This document shows, piece after piece, positions 48,096 through 57,389 of a DNA stretch of 64,000 nt. Origin of the DNA: Anaeromyxobacteraceae bacterium (GTDB lineage: Bacteria; Myxococcota; Myxococcia; Myxococcales; Anaeromyxobacteraceae); assembly GCA_047602405.1 (NCBI GenBank), contig JASGHJ010000002.1:3392001-3456000 (forward strand), in the 5' to 3' direction. Numbering within the stretch: the first letter of the stretch is position 1; the number at the start of each line of letters is the position of its first letter. The notes beneath the pieces were generated by a model that saw only the letters and a list, made by a program, of their open reading frames with translations, was not told the DNA's origin and did not search any database. Position numbers and translations under genes: made by a program.

Positions 48096-48881
48096 CTACC
48101 CTTCCAGGATCCTGGCGATCGAGAGGTCGAGGTTCGACATGACCATCCGAGCCAGGGAATCGACGCTCTCCGGCGAGACCGAGAGGCGCGCGACGAGCCG
48201 CGTCCGGGCCCCATCCGCGACCGCGGCGGCGGCCGCGGCGAGCCAGCGCGACGCCGTCGACTCGTGCACCTGGTACAGCCGGGCGAGCTGCGCGAGCCGG
48301 ACGCCGTCGACGTGGCAGAGCCGCAGGATCGCGCGCTGCCGCTCGGGCAGCGCCGAGAGGGCCTCGGCGAGCGCGGCCCGGAACTCCGAGCGGTAGAGCG
48401 ACTTCATGTGCCGGAGCTCCGGGTCGGCCTCGGCGGAGACGAGCTCGGCGAGGACGTCGGCGCTCACCGGCGGGGCTGCGCGACGGAGGTTGAGCGCCGC
48501 GCGCACCGCCGCCACGCGGAGCCACGCGCCGAGCGGCCCGCGGGCGCCGTAGTCGAGGATCCGCGGGTGGCCGCGCTCCGGCGCGAGCAGGCGCACGCGC
48601 ACGGCCTGCCCGACCTCGTCCCTGAACGCCGGCGACCGATCGATCCCGCGCGCCGCCGCCTCGACCTCCGGCCCGAGCTGCGCCTCGAGCCGGCGCAGCG
48701 CCGCGGGGTCACCCTGCCCGGCGGCCCAGGCCACGAGGAGGTCCGGGAGGTGCTCCGCCCGCGCGCCCTCGGCCCAAGCCGCGCCCGCCCGGGCCGCGAG
48801 CGCGGCCGGGTCGACCTTCACGTCGGGCGCGGCCTCGCGCGCGGCCCGCAGCGCGGCGTCCCAGGCGGGGTCCGTGGGCAT
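48096..48881 (-). CDS. Myxococcales-type ECF sigma factor (TIGR03001-like)
   Basis: HLPDLLVAWAAGQGD, YGARGPLGAWLRVAAVR, LPERQRAILRL and YQVHESTASRW. Confidence 0.88.
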   Translation of the reverse strand: MPTDPAWDAALRAAREAAPDVKVDPAALAARAGAAWAEGARAEHLPDLLVAWAAGQGDPAALRRLEAQLGPEVEAAARGIDRSPAFRDEVGQAVRVRLLAPERGHPRILDYGARGPLGAWLRVAAVRAALNLRRAAPPVSADVLAELVSAEADPELRHMKSLYRSEFRAALAEALSALPERQRAILRLCHVDGVRLAQLARLYQVHESTASRWLAAAAAAVADGARTRLVARLSVSPESVDSLARMVMSNLDLSIARILEG

Positions 48882-49034
48882 GCACTCATGGTACCTCCGG
48901 CTGCGCGCCGGGACCGGGCCGCGGAGGGGTGCGAGTCCGCGAACCGGACCCGGAATGCGGCGGGTGACGCGGGTCGGCCCAGATCCGGTGAGGTCGGCAT
49001 CGCCCGGCGGCTGCCAGGTGGCATTGCCGCTGCA

Positions 49035-49052
49035 TTCATACGGCGATATGAA
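49035..49052. promoter_or_regulatory. Palindromic operator upstream of the TA pair
   Basis: TTCATA-CGGCGA-TATGAA just before the antitoxin start. Confidence 0.55.
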
Positions 49053-49059
49053 CGAGGAC

Positions 49060-49284
49060 ATGAAGCGACGCTCCACGCCCGTCACCCGCCGGGTGACCGC
49101 CAACCTTCCGATCGCACTCCTCGATCGCGCGTGCCGGGTGACCGGCAAGGGGATCACCGAAACGCTCGTGGAGGGACTCGAGCGGGTCCGCCGTTCATCC
49201 GCGGCGGCTCGGGCGCGGACCCTCCGCGGGAAGCTCGAGCTGGAACTCGACCTCGAGGCCTCCCGTGAACGGGCTCGTCATTGA
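49060..49284 (+). CDS. VapB-like (RHH) antitoxin
   Basis: 74 aa; RRVTANLPIALLDRA..TETLVEGL..LRGKLELELDL; overlaps the PIN gene. Confidence 0.75.
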   Translation: MKRRSTPVTRRVTANLPIALLDRACRVTGKGITETLVEGLERVRRSSAAARARTLRGKLELELDLEASRERARH

Positions 49285-49651
49285 TACGTCGGCGTGGGTC
49301 TCGTATCTGGCCGGAGGCGGCAACCCGCAGCTCGTCGAGCCCGCCCTCGAGGATGACCGGGCGCTCCTTCCGCCCGTCGTGGCTGCGGAGCTGCTGAGCG
49401 GCAAGATGTCTCTTCGGCAGCGCCGCGCGCTCATGGATCTGCTCGACGACGTGTTCCTCATTCGAGCGGACCGGGAGCACTGGTACCGCGTGGGTGACCT
49501 TCGCGCAGCCTTGGCCGCCCACGGGCTCACGGTTTCCACCCCCGACGCGCACGTCGCGCAGTGCGCGCTCGACCTCGGAGCGGACCTGCTGACCGAGGAC
49601 GCGATCTTCACCCGGATCGCCGGCGAAGTCCCCTTGCGGCTCGTCCGCTGA
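49265..49651 (+). CDS. vapC: VapC-like PIN-domain toxin
   Basis: IDTSAW, AELLSG, PDAHVA and LLTEDAIF. Confidence 0.9.
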   Translation: MNGLVIDTSAWVSYLAGGGNPQLVEPALEDDRALLPPVVAAELLSGKMSLRQRRALMDLLDDVFLIRADREHWYRVGDLRAALAAHGLTVSTPDAHVAQCALDLGADLLTEDAIFTRIAGEVPLRLVR

Positions 49652-49695
49652 GTCCCAGAGCGCCCCGCCCCGCCCGCTGCTACAACGTCCCCCGC

Positions 49696-51576
49696 ATGCG
49701 CTCCCGCCGGCTCCCCCTCGCGCTCGCGGCCCTCGGCCTCCTCCTCCTCGCCCTCTGGTGGTTCCTCCGCCCCTCGCCCTCCCCGTCCGCCGCGGTCGGC
49801 CCCGGCCCTGCGGCGCAGACATCTGCCGCCGGTGGCCCGGCCACCTCGCCCGCGGGCACCGCGCCCGCCGCCGGGCTCCCCATCCGCGTCGCCTCGCCCT
49901 CCGGCCCCGTCGACGCCGAGCCGGCGAGCTTCGAGGGCCGCGTGGTCTCCCGCGCGGGCGGCCCGGTCCCGGGCGCCGAGCTCACCTTCTCGCGCGCGGG
50001 CGCGGCGGCCTCGGTGCGCGCCGGGCCGGACGGCGCCTTCTCCTTCCTGCCTCCCGCGGAGGGCCGCTGGCTCCTCCAGGCGGTGACCGCCACGGGCTTC
50101 CTGCCCTTCGCGCCGGAGTGGGGCCACAGCCCCGTCGAGCTCGACGCGCGGCCCGGCCTCCACGTGCGCGGCCTCGAGATCCACCTCGCGCCCGCCGTGA
50201 CCCTCGCCGGGAAGGTCGTGGACGGCGACGGCACGCCGGTCGCGGGCGCGGCGGTGCGGCTCCTCGGCGCGCAGTCGGAGGCGGCGCTCGTGCCCATCGC
50301 CGATCGCTTCACCTCCGACGCGAGCGGCGCCTTCTCGTTCGTGGCGCCGGAGGGCGCGCTCCTCGAGGCGCGCAAGGACGGCTACCGACCCGGCCGCGCC
50401 GAGGTGGACTGGAGCGCGATGGTGAACCGCGCGCTCACCATCGAGGTCACGCCGATGAACCGGAGGCTGCCGCCGGCCGCGGCCATCTCCGGCAAGGTGG
50501 TCGCCCGCGGCGGCGGTCCGGTGGCGGGCGCGCTCGTCACGGCCTCGCACATGCGGTTCGGCGGCGAGGGCGCGGCGGCGGCACAGGCGGTCTCCGGCGC
50601 GGACGGGACCTTCACGCTGCCCGAGGTCGAGATGGGCCGCTACCGGGTCACCGCGCGGGCCGAGGGCCGCGCGCCGGGCTCGGTCACCCGCGTCGCGCCG
50701 GGCACGACCGACGTCGTCGTCGAGCTCGGCCCCGGGAGCCGCCTGCGCGGCTGCGTGAAGGAGGCCTCGAGCGGCCGGCCCGTGGCGCCGTTCACCGTGA
50801 TGGTCTTCGACCGGCGGGGCGCCCTCTCCCGCGACCTCGTCCGCAGCCGCTCGGTCGTCGATCCGGGCGGCTGCTACGCGCTCGGCGACCTCGCGCCGGG
50901 CCCGCTCGCGGTCGTGGTCGCCGCGCCCGGCTACGGCCCTTCCACCGAGGTGGCCGTCGACCTCCCGGAGGCGGGCGACGCCATCGCCGACGCGACGCTC
51001 ACGCCCGGCGGCCGGGCCTCGGGCCGCGTCGTCGCCGACGAGGACGGCGCGGCCATCGCGGGCGCGCGCATCACCGTGGAGGGCACGCTCGAGGGCGCGT
51101 CCTCGACGTTCCCGGCGCTCGCCGAGGCGACGAGCGGCGCCGACGGCGGCTTCGAGCTCGGTGGCCTGCCCGGCCGGGCGTCGCTGTTCGTCGCCGCCGC
51201 GGGCCGCCACGCCCGGATCCTCTCCGGCATCACCGCGGCCCCCGGCACCACCGCCGGGCCCTTCGAGGTGCGCCTCAGGAAGGTCGAGCCCGGCGAGGAG
51301 CCGCGCGTCGACCTCGCGGGCATCGGCGTGGTGCTCTCGCCCACCGACGACGGCCTCACCGTCGGCGGCCTCGCGCCGGGCGGGAGCGGCGCGGAGGCCG
51401 GGCTCCTGCGCGGTGACGTCCTCCTCGCGGTCGACGGGCGCGCGGTCGTGGACCTCGGGTTCGCCGAGGCCGTGAACGCGATCCGCGGGCCGGAGGGGAC
51501 GTCCGTGCTCCTGACCCTCAGACGCGGACAGACCACCCTCGACCTCAGGGTGGTCCGCCGCCTCGTCCGAGGTTAG
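49696..51576 (+). CDS. Membrane-anchored carboxypeptidase-regulatory-like repeat protein with C-terminal PDZ
   Basis: N-terminal TM; repeated G-x-V..G-x-PVAGA..DG-x-F; GIGVVL..IRGPEGTSV. Confidence 0.85.
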   Translation: MRSRRLPLALAALGLLLLALWWFLRPSPSPSAAVGPGPAAQTSAAGGPATSPAGTAPAAGLPIRVASPSGPVDAEPASFEGRVVSRAGGPVPGAELTFSRAGAAASVRAGPDGAFSFLPPAEGRWLLQAVTATGFLPFAPEWGHSPVELDARPGLHVRGLEIHLAPAVTLAGKVVDGDGTPVAGAAVRLLGAQSEAALVPIADRFTSDASGAFSFVAPEGALLEARKDGYRPGRAEVDWSAMVNRALTIEVTPMNRRLPPAAAISGKVVARGGGPVAGALVTASHMRFGGEGAAAAQAVSGADGTFTLPEVEMGRYRVTARAEGRAPGSVTRVAPGTTDVVVELGPGSRLRGCVKEASSGRPVAPFTVMVFDRRGALSRDLVRSRSVVDPGGCYALGDLAPGPLAVVVAAPGYGPSTEVAVDLPEAGDAIADATLTPGGRASGRVVADEDGAAIAGARITVEGTLEGASSTFPALAEATSGADGGFELGGLPGRASLFVAAAGRHARILSGITAAPGTTAGPFEVRLRKVEPGEEPRVDLAGIGVVLSPTDDGLTVGGLAPGGSGAEAGLLRGDVLLAVDGRAVVDLGFAEAVNAIRGPEGTSVLLTLRRGQTTLDLRVVRRLVRG

Positions 51577-51582
51577 CGAGGG

Positions 51583-52290
51583 CTACTTCTTCGAGCCGTC
51601 GTCGCCCATCGAGCCCGAGCCGGTGCCGCTCGTCCCCGTGCCGCTGCGCGAGGTGCCGGTCGCGGTGCGGTGGCCGTCCTTGGTCTGCTTCTCGAGCGTC
51701 TTCGCCATCGTGTGGTGGCCCATCACCGTCTTGTGGGTCTCGTCGAAGAACGCGGCGAGCTCGGCGTGGTTCTTGTCGTGCGCCTTCTTGGCGGCCTTCT
51801 GGAGCTCCTTCATGTCCTTGTCGTGGTCCTTCTCCATCAGGCTCATGTAGGCCTTGTCGAAGTCGGCGCCGGTCTTCGACTGGAGCTTCTTCGCGTCGTC
51901 CTGCTTGTCCTTCTGCGCGTCCTGGAACTCCTTGCCCTCGAGCGTCACGCCCATGGTCTGGGCGAGCTGCTGGAGCTGCTCGTCGTTCTTGCCGTGCTCC
52001 TTCACCATCCGCTCTGCGAAGTCCTTCACCTGCTGGGAAGAGGCCTGGGTCGCCGCGAGCTGCCCGGTCTGGACCTCGGCCTGGTTCGCCGCGTGCAGCT
52101 TCTCCATGGCCTTCGTGAGGTCGTCGTCGAGCTTGCCCGACCTCGCGCTGCTCCCGTCGCTCCGCGCGCGCGTGGACGCGCCCTGCGAACCCTGCGCCTC
52201 GCCGGTGGTCCCCGACTGCGCGAACGCAGGACCCGCGACCGCCAGCGCGCCGGCCAGCCCGGCGCTCATCCAGTAACGTCCGATCTTCAT
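51583..52290 (-). CDS. DUF4142 secreted protein
   Basis: Signal peptide ..AFAQ; ANQAEVQTGQLA, VKDFAERMVKEH and FDKAYM..DH. Confidence 0.88.
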   Translation of the reverse strand: MKIGRYWMSAGLAGALAVAGPAFAQSGTTGEAQGSQGASTRARSDGSSARSGKLDDDLTKAMEKLHAANQAEVQTGQLAATQASSQQVKDFAERMVKEHGKNDEQLQQLAQTMGVTLEGKEFQDAQKDKQDDAKKLQSKTGADFDKAYMSLMEKDHDKDMKELQKAAKKAHDKNHAELAAFFDETHKTVMGHHTMAKTLEKQTKDGHRTATGTSRSGTGTSGTGSGSMGDDGSKK

Positions 52291-52370
52291 GTGCTCCCTC
52301 CGTTCACGGTTCACCGCACGGACCGAAAGGTGGGGAGGGAGGTGGCGACCGGCACGGGCCGCGCGGGCGG

Positions 52371-53317
52371 TCAGGAGAGGCGGGCGCCGTCGAGCGCCTG
52401 GTCGATCCGACGGAGCACGTCGTCGGAGAGCACGACGCCGGAGGCGGCGCAGTTCTCGTCCACCTGCTCGGGCCGGGAGGCGCCGATGATGGCGCAGGTG
52501 ACCTCGGGCCTCCTGAGCACCCAGGCGAGCGAGAGCTGCGCGAGCGTGAGGCCGAGCTCCTGCGCGATCGGCACGACGCGCTGCACCGCCTCGAGCAGGC
52601 GCGGCTCCACGAGCCGGCGGGTGATGAACGCGTTCATGGCGTCGCTCGCCGCGCGCGAGTCGGCCGGCGGCGGGCGCCCGGGCGCGTACTTGCCGGTGAG
52701 GATGCCCTGGGCGAGCGGCGACCACACGACCTGGCCGATGCCCTCCCGCTGGCAGAGCGGGAACACCTCCGCCTCGGGCACGCGGTGGAGGAGCGAATAC
52801 TGCGGCTGGGAGGAGACGAACTTCACGAATGGCAAGGCGTGCGCCGCCCGGATCTGCGGCGCCGTCCACTCCGAGAAGCCGACGAACCGGGTCTTGCCCG
52901 CCTTCACGGCGCGGTCGAGCGCCTCCATCGTCTCCTCGAGCGGCGTCTCGGCGTCGTAGCGGTGGCACTGGTAGAGGTCGACGTGGTCGACCCGGAGGCG
53001 CTTCAGCGAGGCGTCGAGCTGCTTCTCGACCTGCGCCCGGGAGAGCCCCTTGTCCGTGGGCGACATGGGGAAGAAAGCTTCGTCGCGAGCACGTAGCGGG
53101 CGCGGGGCACGTCCCGGAGCGCCTCGCCCAGGAAGGTCTCTGCGGCGCCGTGGGCGTAGACGTTGGCGGTGTCGATGAAGTTGACGCCGAGGTCGAGCGC
53201 CCGGCGCAGGCAGGCCTCCGCCCTCGCCCGCTCGACGCCACCCCCGTAGGTGAGCCACGAGCCGAGGGAGATCTCGGAGATGACGAGCCCGGAGTTGCCC
53301 AACTTTCGAGTGCGCAT
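52371..53317 (-). CDS. Aldo/keto reductase (Kv-beta-like) with a -1 frameshift at about 53076
   Basis: RKLGNSGLVISEISLGSW, IDTANVY and LATK in one frame; DLYQCHRYD and WSPLAQGILTGKY in the other. Confidence 0.9.
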
Positions 53318-53341
53318 GGTTTCATGGTAGCCCTTGTGGGC

Positions 53342-53704
53342 ATGACTCTCGACGAAACCCGCCTCGGGGCGTCCCCCCAGGACGTCGGACGTCAGCCCGC
53401 CCCGAGCGCCACGCTGGTCGTCGTGCACTCCGCCGACCGCGAGGAGCAGGGCAAGCGCTACCCGCTGCGCGAGGAGGACCTCACGCTCGGCCGCGAGGCG
53501 GGGAACACCGTCGTCATCGGTTCCGACCAGGCGTCGCGGCGCCACGCCCGCATCTTCGTCTCGGGCGGCGCCCACGTGCTCGTGGACCTCGACTCCACGA
53601 ACGGCACCTTCCTGAACTCGAAGCTCGTGAAGGAGCAGACGCTCCGCCACGGCGACGTGCTCAGGATCGCGTCGACGGTGCTGAAGTACGTGGTGGACAG
53701 CTAG
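53342..53704 (+). CDS. FHA-domain protein
   Basis: LGR, ASRRHA and DLDSTNGTFLN. Confidence 0.92.
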   Translation: MTLDETRLGASPQDVGRQPAPSATLVVVHSADREEQGKRYPLREEDLTLGREAGNTVVIGSDQASRRHARIFVSGGAHVLVDLDSTNGTFLNSKLVKEQTLRHGDVLRIASTVLKYVVDS

Positions 53705-53726
53705 GCCGCGCGCCCGGCGCGGGTGC

Positions 53727-54470
53727 TCACCTCGGATCGGTCGAGCTCCAGTCGTGTTCGCACAGCCCCGGTGCGTCAGGCCCGAGCTTCTCGACGAGCA
53801 CGCCTGCCGTCCCCGCGGGGAAGTAGAAGTCGTGCTCGAGCGCTCGGATGCCCAGGATCCCGGCGTAGCGCACGAGCAGTGCCGCGTCGAAGCGATCCGT
53901 CGGCCGCCGCGCGCGGTAACGCTCGGCGTCCTCAAACGGGAGCGGCGATCCGATCTCATCGAAGCCCCACCGGCCCCCATCGTTCACGAGAGACACCGTG
54001 CGGCGTGGCCCCGGGCCGAAGCGCTCGAGGACGTAGGCGCCGAACTTCGTGCGGGGGCCCTGGTGCGCGCAGACGAACCTGACCACAGGGACTCCGAGCA
54101 GCTCTCCGAGCCGGGTGGGCACGGCGTAGGCGTCCGGCGCCGGCCACCTGTTCTCGAAGTACACCGTCCACTCGCAGGTGGTCGGCGCGAACAGGAACCG
54201 GCGCGGCTCCACGCTCGTCAGCGGAGCCAGGGCCTGGAGCGCACTGCGCAGCGAGCCCTCAATCGGAGCCGTCCGTAGCCGGACGGGCTGCGTCCTGCCC
54301 GCCTGGATGGGCGCCTGCCAGGCCACGAATGCGTCGGCCACGGCGCGATGCGGGGCCGCGATGAACCCGATGCCTTCGGTGGTCGGCCGGAACGCTCCCT
54401 CGAGCAGGTCCGGCTGACCGTCACCTGCACCCTCTCGGGTGAAATCACAACGTCCGGACTGTCCGGACAT
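53727..54470 (-). CDS. Hypothetical protein, possibly orphan immunity-like
   Basis: 247 aa; motifs WTVYFEN, NDGGRWGF..G-x-PLPFED..Y and LGIR...FY; slightly atypical composition. Confidence 0.55.
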   Translation of the reverse strand: MSGQSGRCDFTREGAGDGQPDLLEGAFRPTTEGIGFIAAPHRAVADAFVAWQAPIQAGRTQPVRLRTAPIEGSLRSALQALAPLTSVEPRRFLFAPTTCEWTVYFENRWPAPDAYAVPTRLGELLGVPVVRFVCAHQGPRTKFGAYVLERFGPGPRRTVSLVNDGGRWGFDEIGSPLPFEDAERYRARRPTDRFDAALLVRYAGILGIRALEHDFYFPAGTAGVLVEKLGPDAPGLCEHDWSSTDPR

Positions 54471-54484
54471 CGTGACTGCGGATG

Positions 54485-54955
54485 CTACCTGCGCCCGCGC
54501 TTCGCCGCCTTCTTCGCTGCGCGCGGCTTCTTCGCAGACTTGGCCGCTCGGGCCGGCTTCCTCGTGACCTTCCTCGCGGCCTTCTTCTGCGTCACGAAGC
54601 AGACCGCCTCGAGGTTGTGGCCGTCGGCGTCGATGACGAAGGCGCCGTAGTAGCCGGGGCTGTAGTCCGGGCGCGGGCCGGGCGGGCCGTTGTCGGTGGC
54701 GCCCGCGGCGAGCGCGGCCGCGTGGAAGGCGTCCACCTCCTTCGTGCTCCGCGCGCCGAACGCGATGTGCTGCGCGCCGACCGGGTGCTGCGCGTCCTCG
54801 GGGGCGAGCCAGAGGTCGGGCTTCCCCGCCACGCCCATGCCGCAGAAGGTCCCGAACTCCATCGCGACGCCGTAGCCGAGCGGCCGGAGCGCCGCCGCGA
54901 AGAACGCCTTCGCCTTCTCGTAGTCCCGCACCGCCACCGTGATGTGATGGATCAT
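54485..54955 (-). CDS. VOC/glyoxalase family protein with a Lys/Ala-rich tail
   Basis: IHHITVAV, HIAF, DNGPPG and YYGAFVIDADGHNLEAVC. Confidence 0.9.
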   Translation of the reverse strand: MIHHITVAVRDYEKAKAFFAAALRPLGYGVAMEFGTFCGMGVAGKPDLWLAPEDAQHPVGAQHIAFGARSTKEVDAFHAAALAAGATDNGPPGPRPDYSPGYYGAFVIDADGHNLEAVCFVTQKKAARKVTRKPARAAKSAKKPRAAKKAAKRGRR

Positions 54956-55147
54956 GGCTGCCTTCCTATCGCCACCCGGCACCGCGCCCAAGCGCGCGGA
55001 TGGGGTCGCCCGGGGCGGGGACCCGGGCATCGTGGCGCACCCGGTGACGCTGGACAGGCGGGCGCCGCGGGCGTCGACTTGAAGTGCGTGCCACGCCCGG
55101 CCCTCGGCCGGAGCGCCGCGTGGCCCTCACGCACCGGGAGCCCTTCC

Positions 55148-55984
55148 ATGACCCGCCTCCACGTCGCCGCCCTCTCGCTGCTCACCCTGCTCGTCGCGGG
55201 CCCCGCGTTCGCGGGCGAGCCCGACCGGCCCGGCTCGAAGGACCACCCCGTCCTCACGCGCATGCAGAACATGCACATCGTGAACTACCGGACGAATCCG
55301 TTCGAGCGGTTCGCCTTCAGGACCGGCGCCGCGCGCGGCGCCGAGACCGCGGTCGAAGGTCAGTTCTTCGAGATCCGCTACAAGGCCGATGCCGGCGCGA
55401 ACGTCCCGACGCCGCTCGCCATCCTGCGCAACCACCAGGACGCGGTCCGCGCGATCGGCGGCAAGGTCGTGTACGAGGACAAGCGCTACACGACGCTCGA
55501 GGTCGCGAAGGACAGCAAGGAGATCTGGGTCCTCGTCGACACCGCGTGGGGCCAGGGCTACCAGCTCACCATCGTCGAGAAGGCCGCCATGGCGCAGGAG
55601 GTGAAGGCGAGCGCCGAGGTCTTCAAGGCCGGGCTCGCCGCGACCGGGCACGTCGAGGTGCCGGGCATCTACTTCGACACGGGGAAGGCCACGCTGAAGC
55701 CGGAGTCCGCCGCCGCGGTCGCCGAGATCGCGAAGCTCCTCGCCGGGGATCCGGCCCTGCAGGTCTTCGTGGTCGGCCACACCGACAACGTCGCGGCGGT
55801 GGAGCTCAACCTGAAGCTCTCGCAGGATCGCGCCGCCGCGGTCGTGCAGGAGCTCGTCTCGAAGCACGGCGTCGCGGCCGCGCGGCTCAGGCCCTACGGC
55901 GTCGGCCCGTTCGCGCCGGTGGCGTCGAACGACGCCGAGGAGGGGCGCGCGAAGAACCGCCGGGTGGAGCTCGTGAAGAGGTAG
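55148..55984 (+). CDS. OmpA-family periplasmic protein (DUF4892-like N-terminus)
   Basis: Signal peptide ..AFA; GSKDHP; GIYFDTGK, VGHTDN and NRRVELV. Confidence 0.88.
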   Translation: MTRLHVAALSLLTLLVAGPAFAGEPDRPGSKDHPVLTRMQNMHIVNYRTNPFERFAFRTGAARGAETAVEGQFFEIRYKADAGANVPTPLAILRNHQDAVRAIGGKVVYEDKRYTTLEVAKDSKEIWVLVDTAWGQGYQLTIVEKAAMAQEVKASAEVFKAGLAATGHVEVPGIYFDTGKATLKPESAAAVAEIAKLLAGDPALQVFVVGHTDNVAAVELNLKLSQDRAAAVVQELVSKHGVAAARLRPYGVGPFAPVASNDAEEGRAKNRRVELVKR

Positions 55985-55999
55985 CGGGAGTCGCCCGGC

Positions 56000-56431
56000 T
56001 CACGAGCTCTTCGCCGGGAAGAGCTTGAAGCCCAGCGCGGCCGCGTTCTCGCGAACCCGCTCGTCGCAGGAGAGCACCTCGAAGGCTCCGAGCTCGGCAT
56101 CCAGGGTGCGGACGCTGGCGAGGTGGAGCGCGTCGAGCGTGCGGACCGGCTCCACGGGAAGCTCCTCCCTCGCCAGCCGGAGGACCTCGTCCTCGAGGCC
56201 CATCACGTCGCACGCGCGCTCGAAGCTGGCGAGCTGCCGCTCCACCTCCCGGGCTTCGGCGGCACCGAGGCGACCCTCGCGCCGGGCCCGGCGCACGGCA
56301 CGGGCGGCCTCCACCAGGGTGAGGGCCGACGTGAAGAGCCCTTCGCCGGCGAGCGCCGCGCGGAGCTCCTCGTCTCCTTCGAGCAGCGCGCGCAGGAGCG
56401 CGCTCGTCTCGACGTAGCGCCGGGCGCTCAC
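56000..56431 (-). CDS. vapC: VapC-like PIN-domain toxin
   Basis: YVETSALL, LVEA, RTLDALHLAS and SCDERV; GTGA overlap with the antitoxin. Confidence 0.88.
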   Translation of the reverse strand: MSARRYVETSALLRALLEGDEELRAALAGEGLFTSALTLVEAARAVRRARREGRLGAAEAREVERQLASFERACDVMGLEDEVLRLAREELPVEPVRTLDALHLASVRTLDAELGAFEVLSCDERVRENAAALGFKLFPAKSS

Positions 56432-56724
56432 TCCCCACGCTCCGCGTCGAGCAGCTCCCGGGCGGTCCCGCGCTTCAGCCGGAGCTTCGGGTAGCCGTCC
56501 CAGGACAGGGAGCCCGGCGCGGCGGCTGGCGAGACGAGGCCGCAATCCACCAGCCGGCGGTAACGGAGCTCGTCCGGTGAGGTCCCACGATCGCCGGCCC
56601 CGGGCGGCCTGAGCTCGGCCACGACGCGCCCGCGGTCCGTCACGAGCACCACCTCACCCTGCGCGACCTCGCGGAGGTAGCTCGACAGGTGAGCCTTGAG
56701 GTCCCGGACGCCGGCGGTCTTCAT
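56428..56724 (-). CDS. Phd/YefM-family antitoxin
   Basis: MKTAGVRDLKAHLSSYLREV..VLVTDRGRVVAEL. Confidence 0.92.
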   Translation of the reverse strand: MKTAGVRDLKAHLSSYLREVAQGEVVLVTDRGRVVAELRPPGAGDRGTSPDELRYRRLVDCGLVSPAAAPGSLSWDGYPKLRLKRGTARELLDAERGE

Positions 56725-56731
56725 GCCGTTC

Positions 56732-56755
56732 AATGTAGTCACGTGAGACCACATT
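56732..56755. promoter_or_regulatory. Palindromic operator of the Phd-PIN operon
   Basis: AATGTAGTC-ACGTGA-GACCACATT is an imperfect inverted repeat 7 bp upstream of the ATG. Confidence 0.6.
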
Positions 56756-56756
56756 T

Positions 56757-57275
56757 TCAAGACGCCAGGCCCCACCGCACCGGCCGCCAGGCCTCCGGAT
56801 CCTCGGTCAGCGCCTCGAGGAGCCGGAGCGACCGCCGGAGGCGCACCGACTCCGTCGGCTCGAGCGGCTCGCCCTGGCGGGCCTTCACGACGAGGGCGCT
56901 CAGCTCGGCGCCGCGCCGCTCGAGGTACGCGACGGCGGCCTCGTGCGCCGCGCCGAGCATGCAGGTGAGCGCGGCGACGGCCTGATCGGCGAGCGCGTCG
57001 GGCGCGCGCTCGCTGGTCGCAACGGCCAGGATGGCGGGCGCGGCGGCCTCGAGCTCCGCCAGCCCCGCGAGCAGGATCGCGTTCGCGACGACCCGCTCGT
57101 TCATGGGCCCGGCGAGCTGGTGCAGGAGGATGCACGCCAGGCCCTCGCCGGCGCGATCCGGACCGAGCCGATCGAAGGCGTCGAACAGCGGGCCCGTCGA
57201 GCCCGGCTGGGCGAGCAGCTCGGCGAGGTGGGCCCACTCGATGGGCAGGGCGGGCGGGACGGCAGGGCTGGGCAT
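56757..57275 (-). CDS. Hypothetical helical (HEAT-like) protein
   Basis: GGAGG RBS; 172 aa, Ala/Leu-rich. Confidence 0.55.
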   Translation of the reverse strand: MPSPAVPPALPIEWAHLAELLAQPGSTGPLFDAFDRLGPDRAGEGLACILLHQLAGPMNERVVANAILLAGLAELEAAAPAILAVATSERAPDALADQAVAALTCMLGAAHEAAVAYLERRGAELSALVVKARQGEPLEPTESVRLRRSLRLLEALTEDPEAWRPVRWGLAS

Positions 57276-57321
57276 GAGGTCCTCCGGTGGCGAGGACTGA
57301 ACATATGCGCAGTCTCTGACG

Positions 57322-57383
57322 TCCTTCGACTTCGGCCCTCGGGACGCTGCGCGTCCGCGGGCGGACGCTCGGGATGAGCGGGG
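57322..57383 (+). repeat. REP-like element, copy 4 (long, degenerate) downstream of the suf operon
   Basis: CCTTCGACTTCGG...ACGCTCGGGATGAGCGG shares both ends with the other copies. Confidence 0.5.
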
Positions 57384-57389
57384 CGAGCG

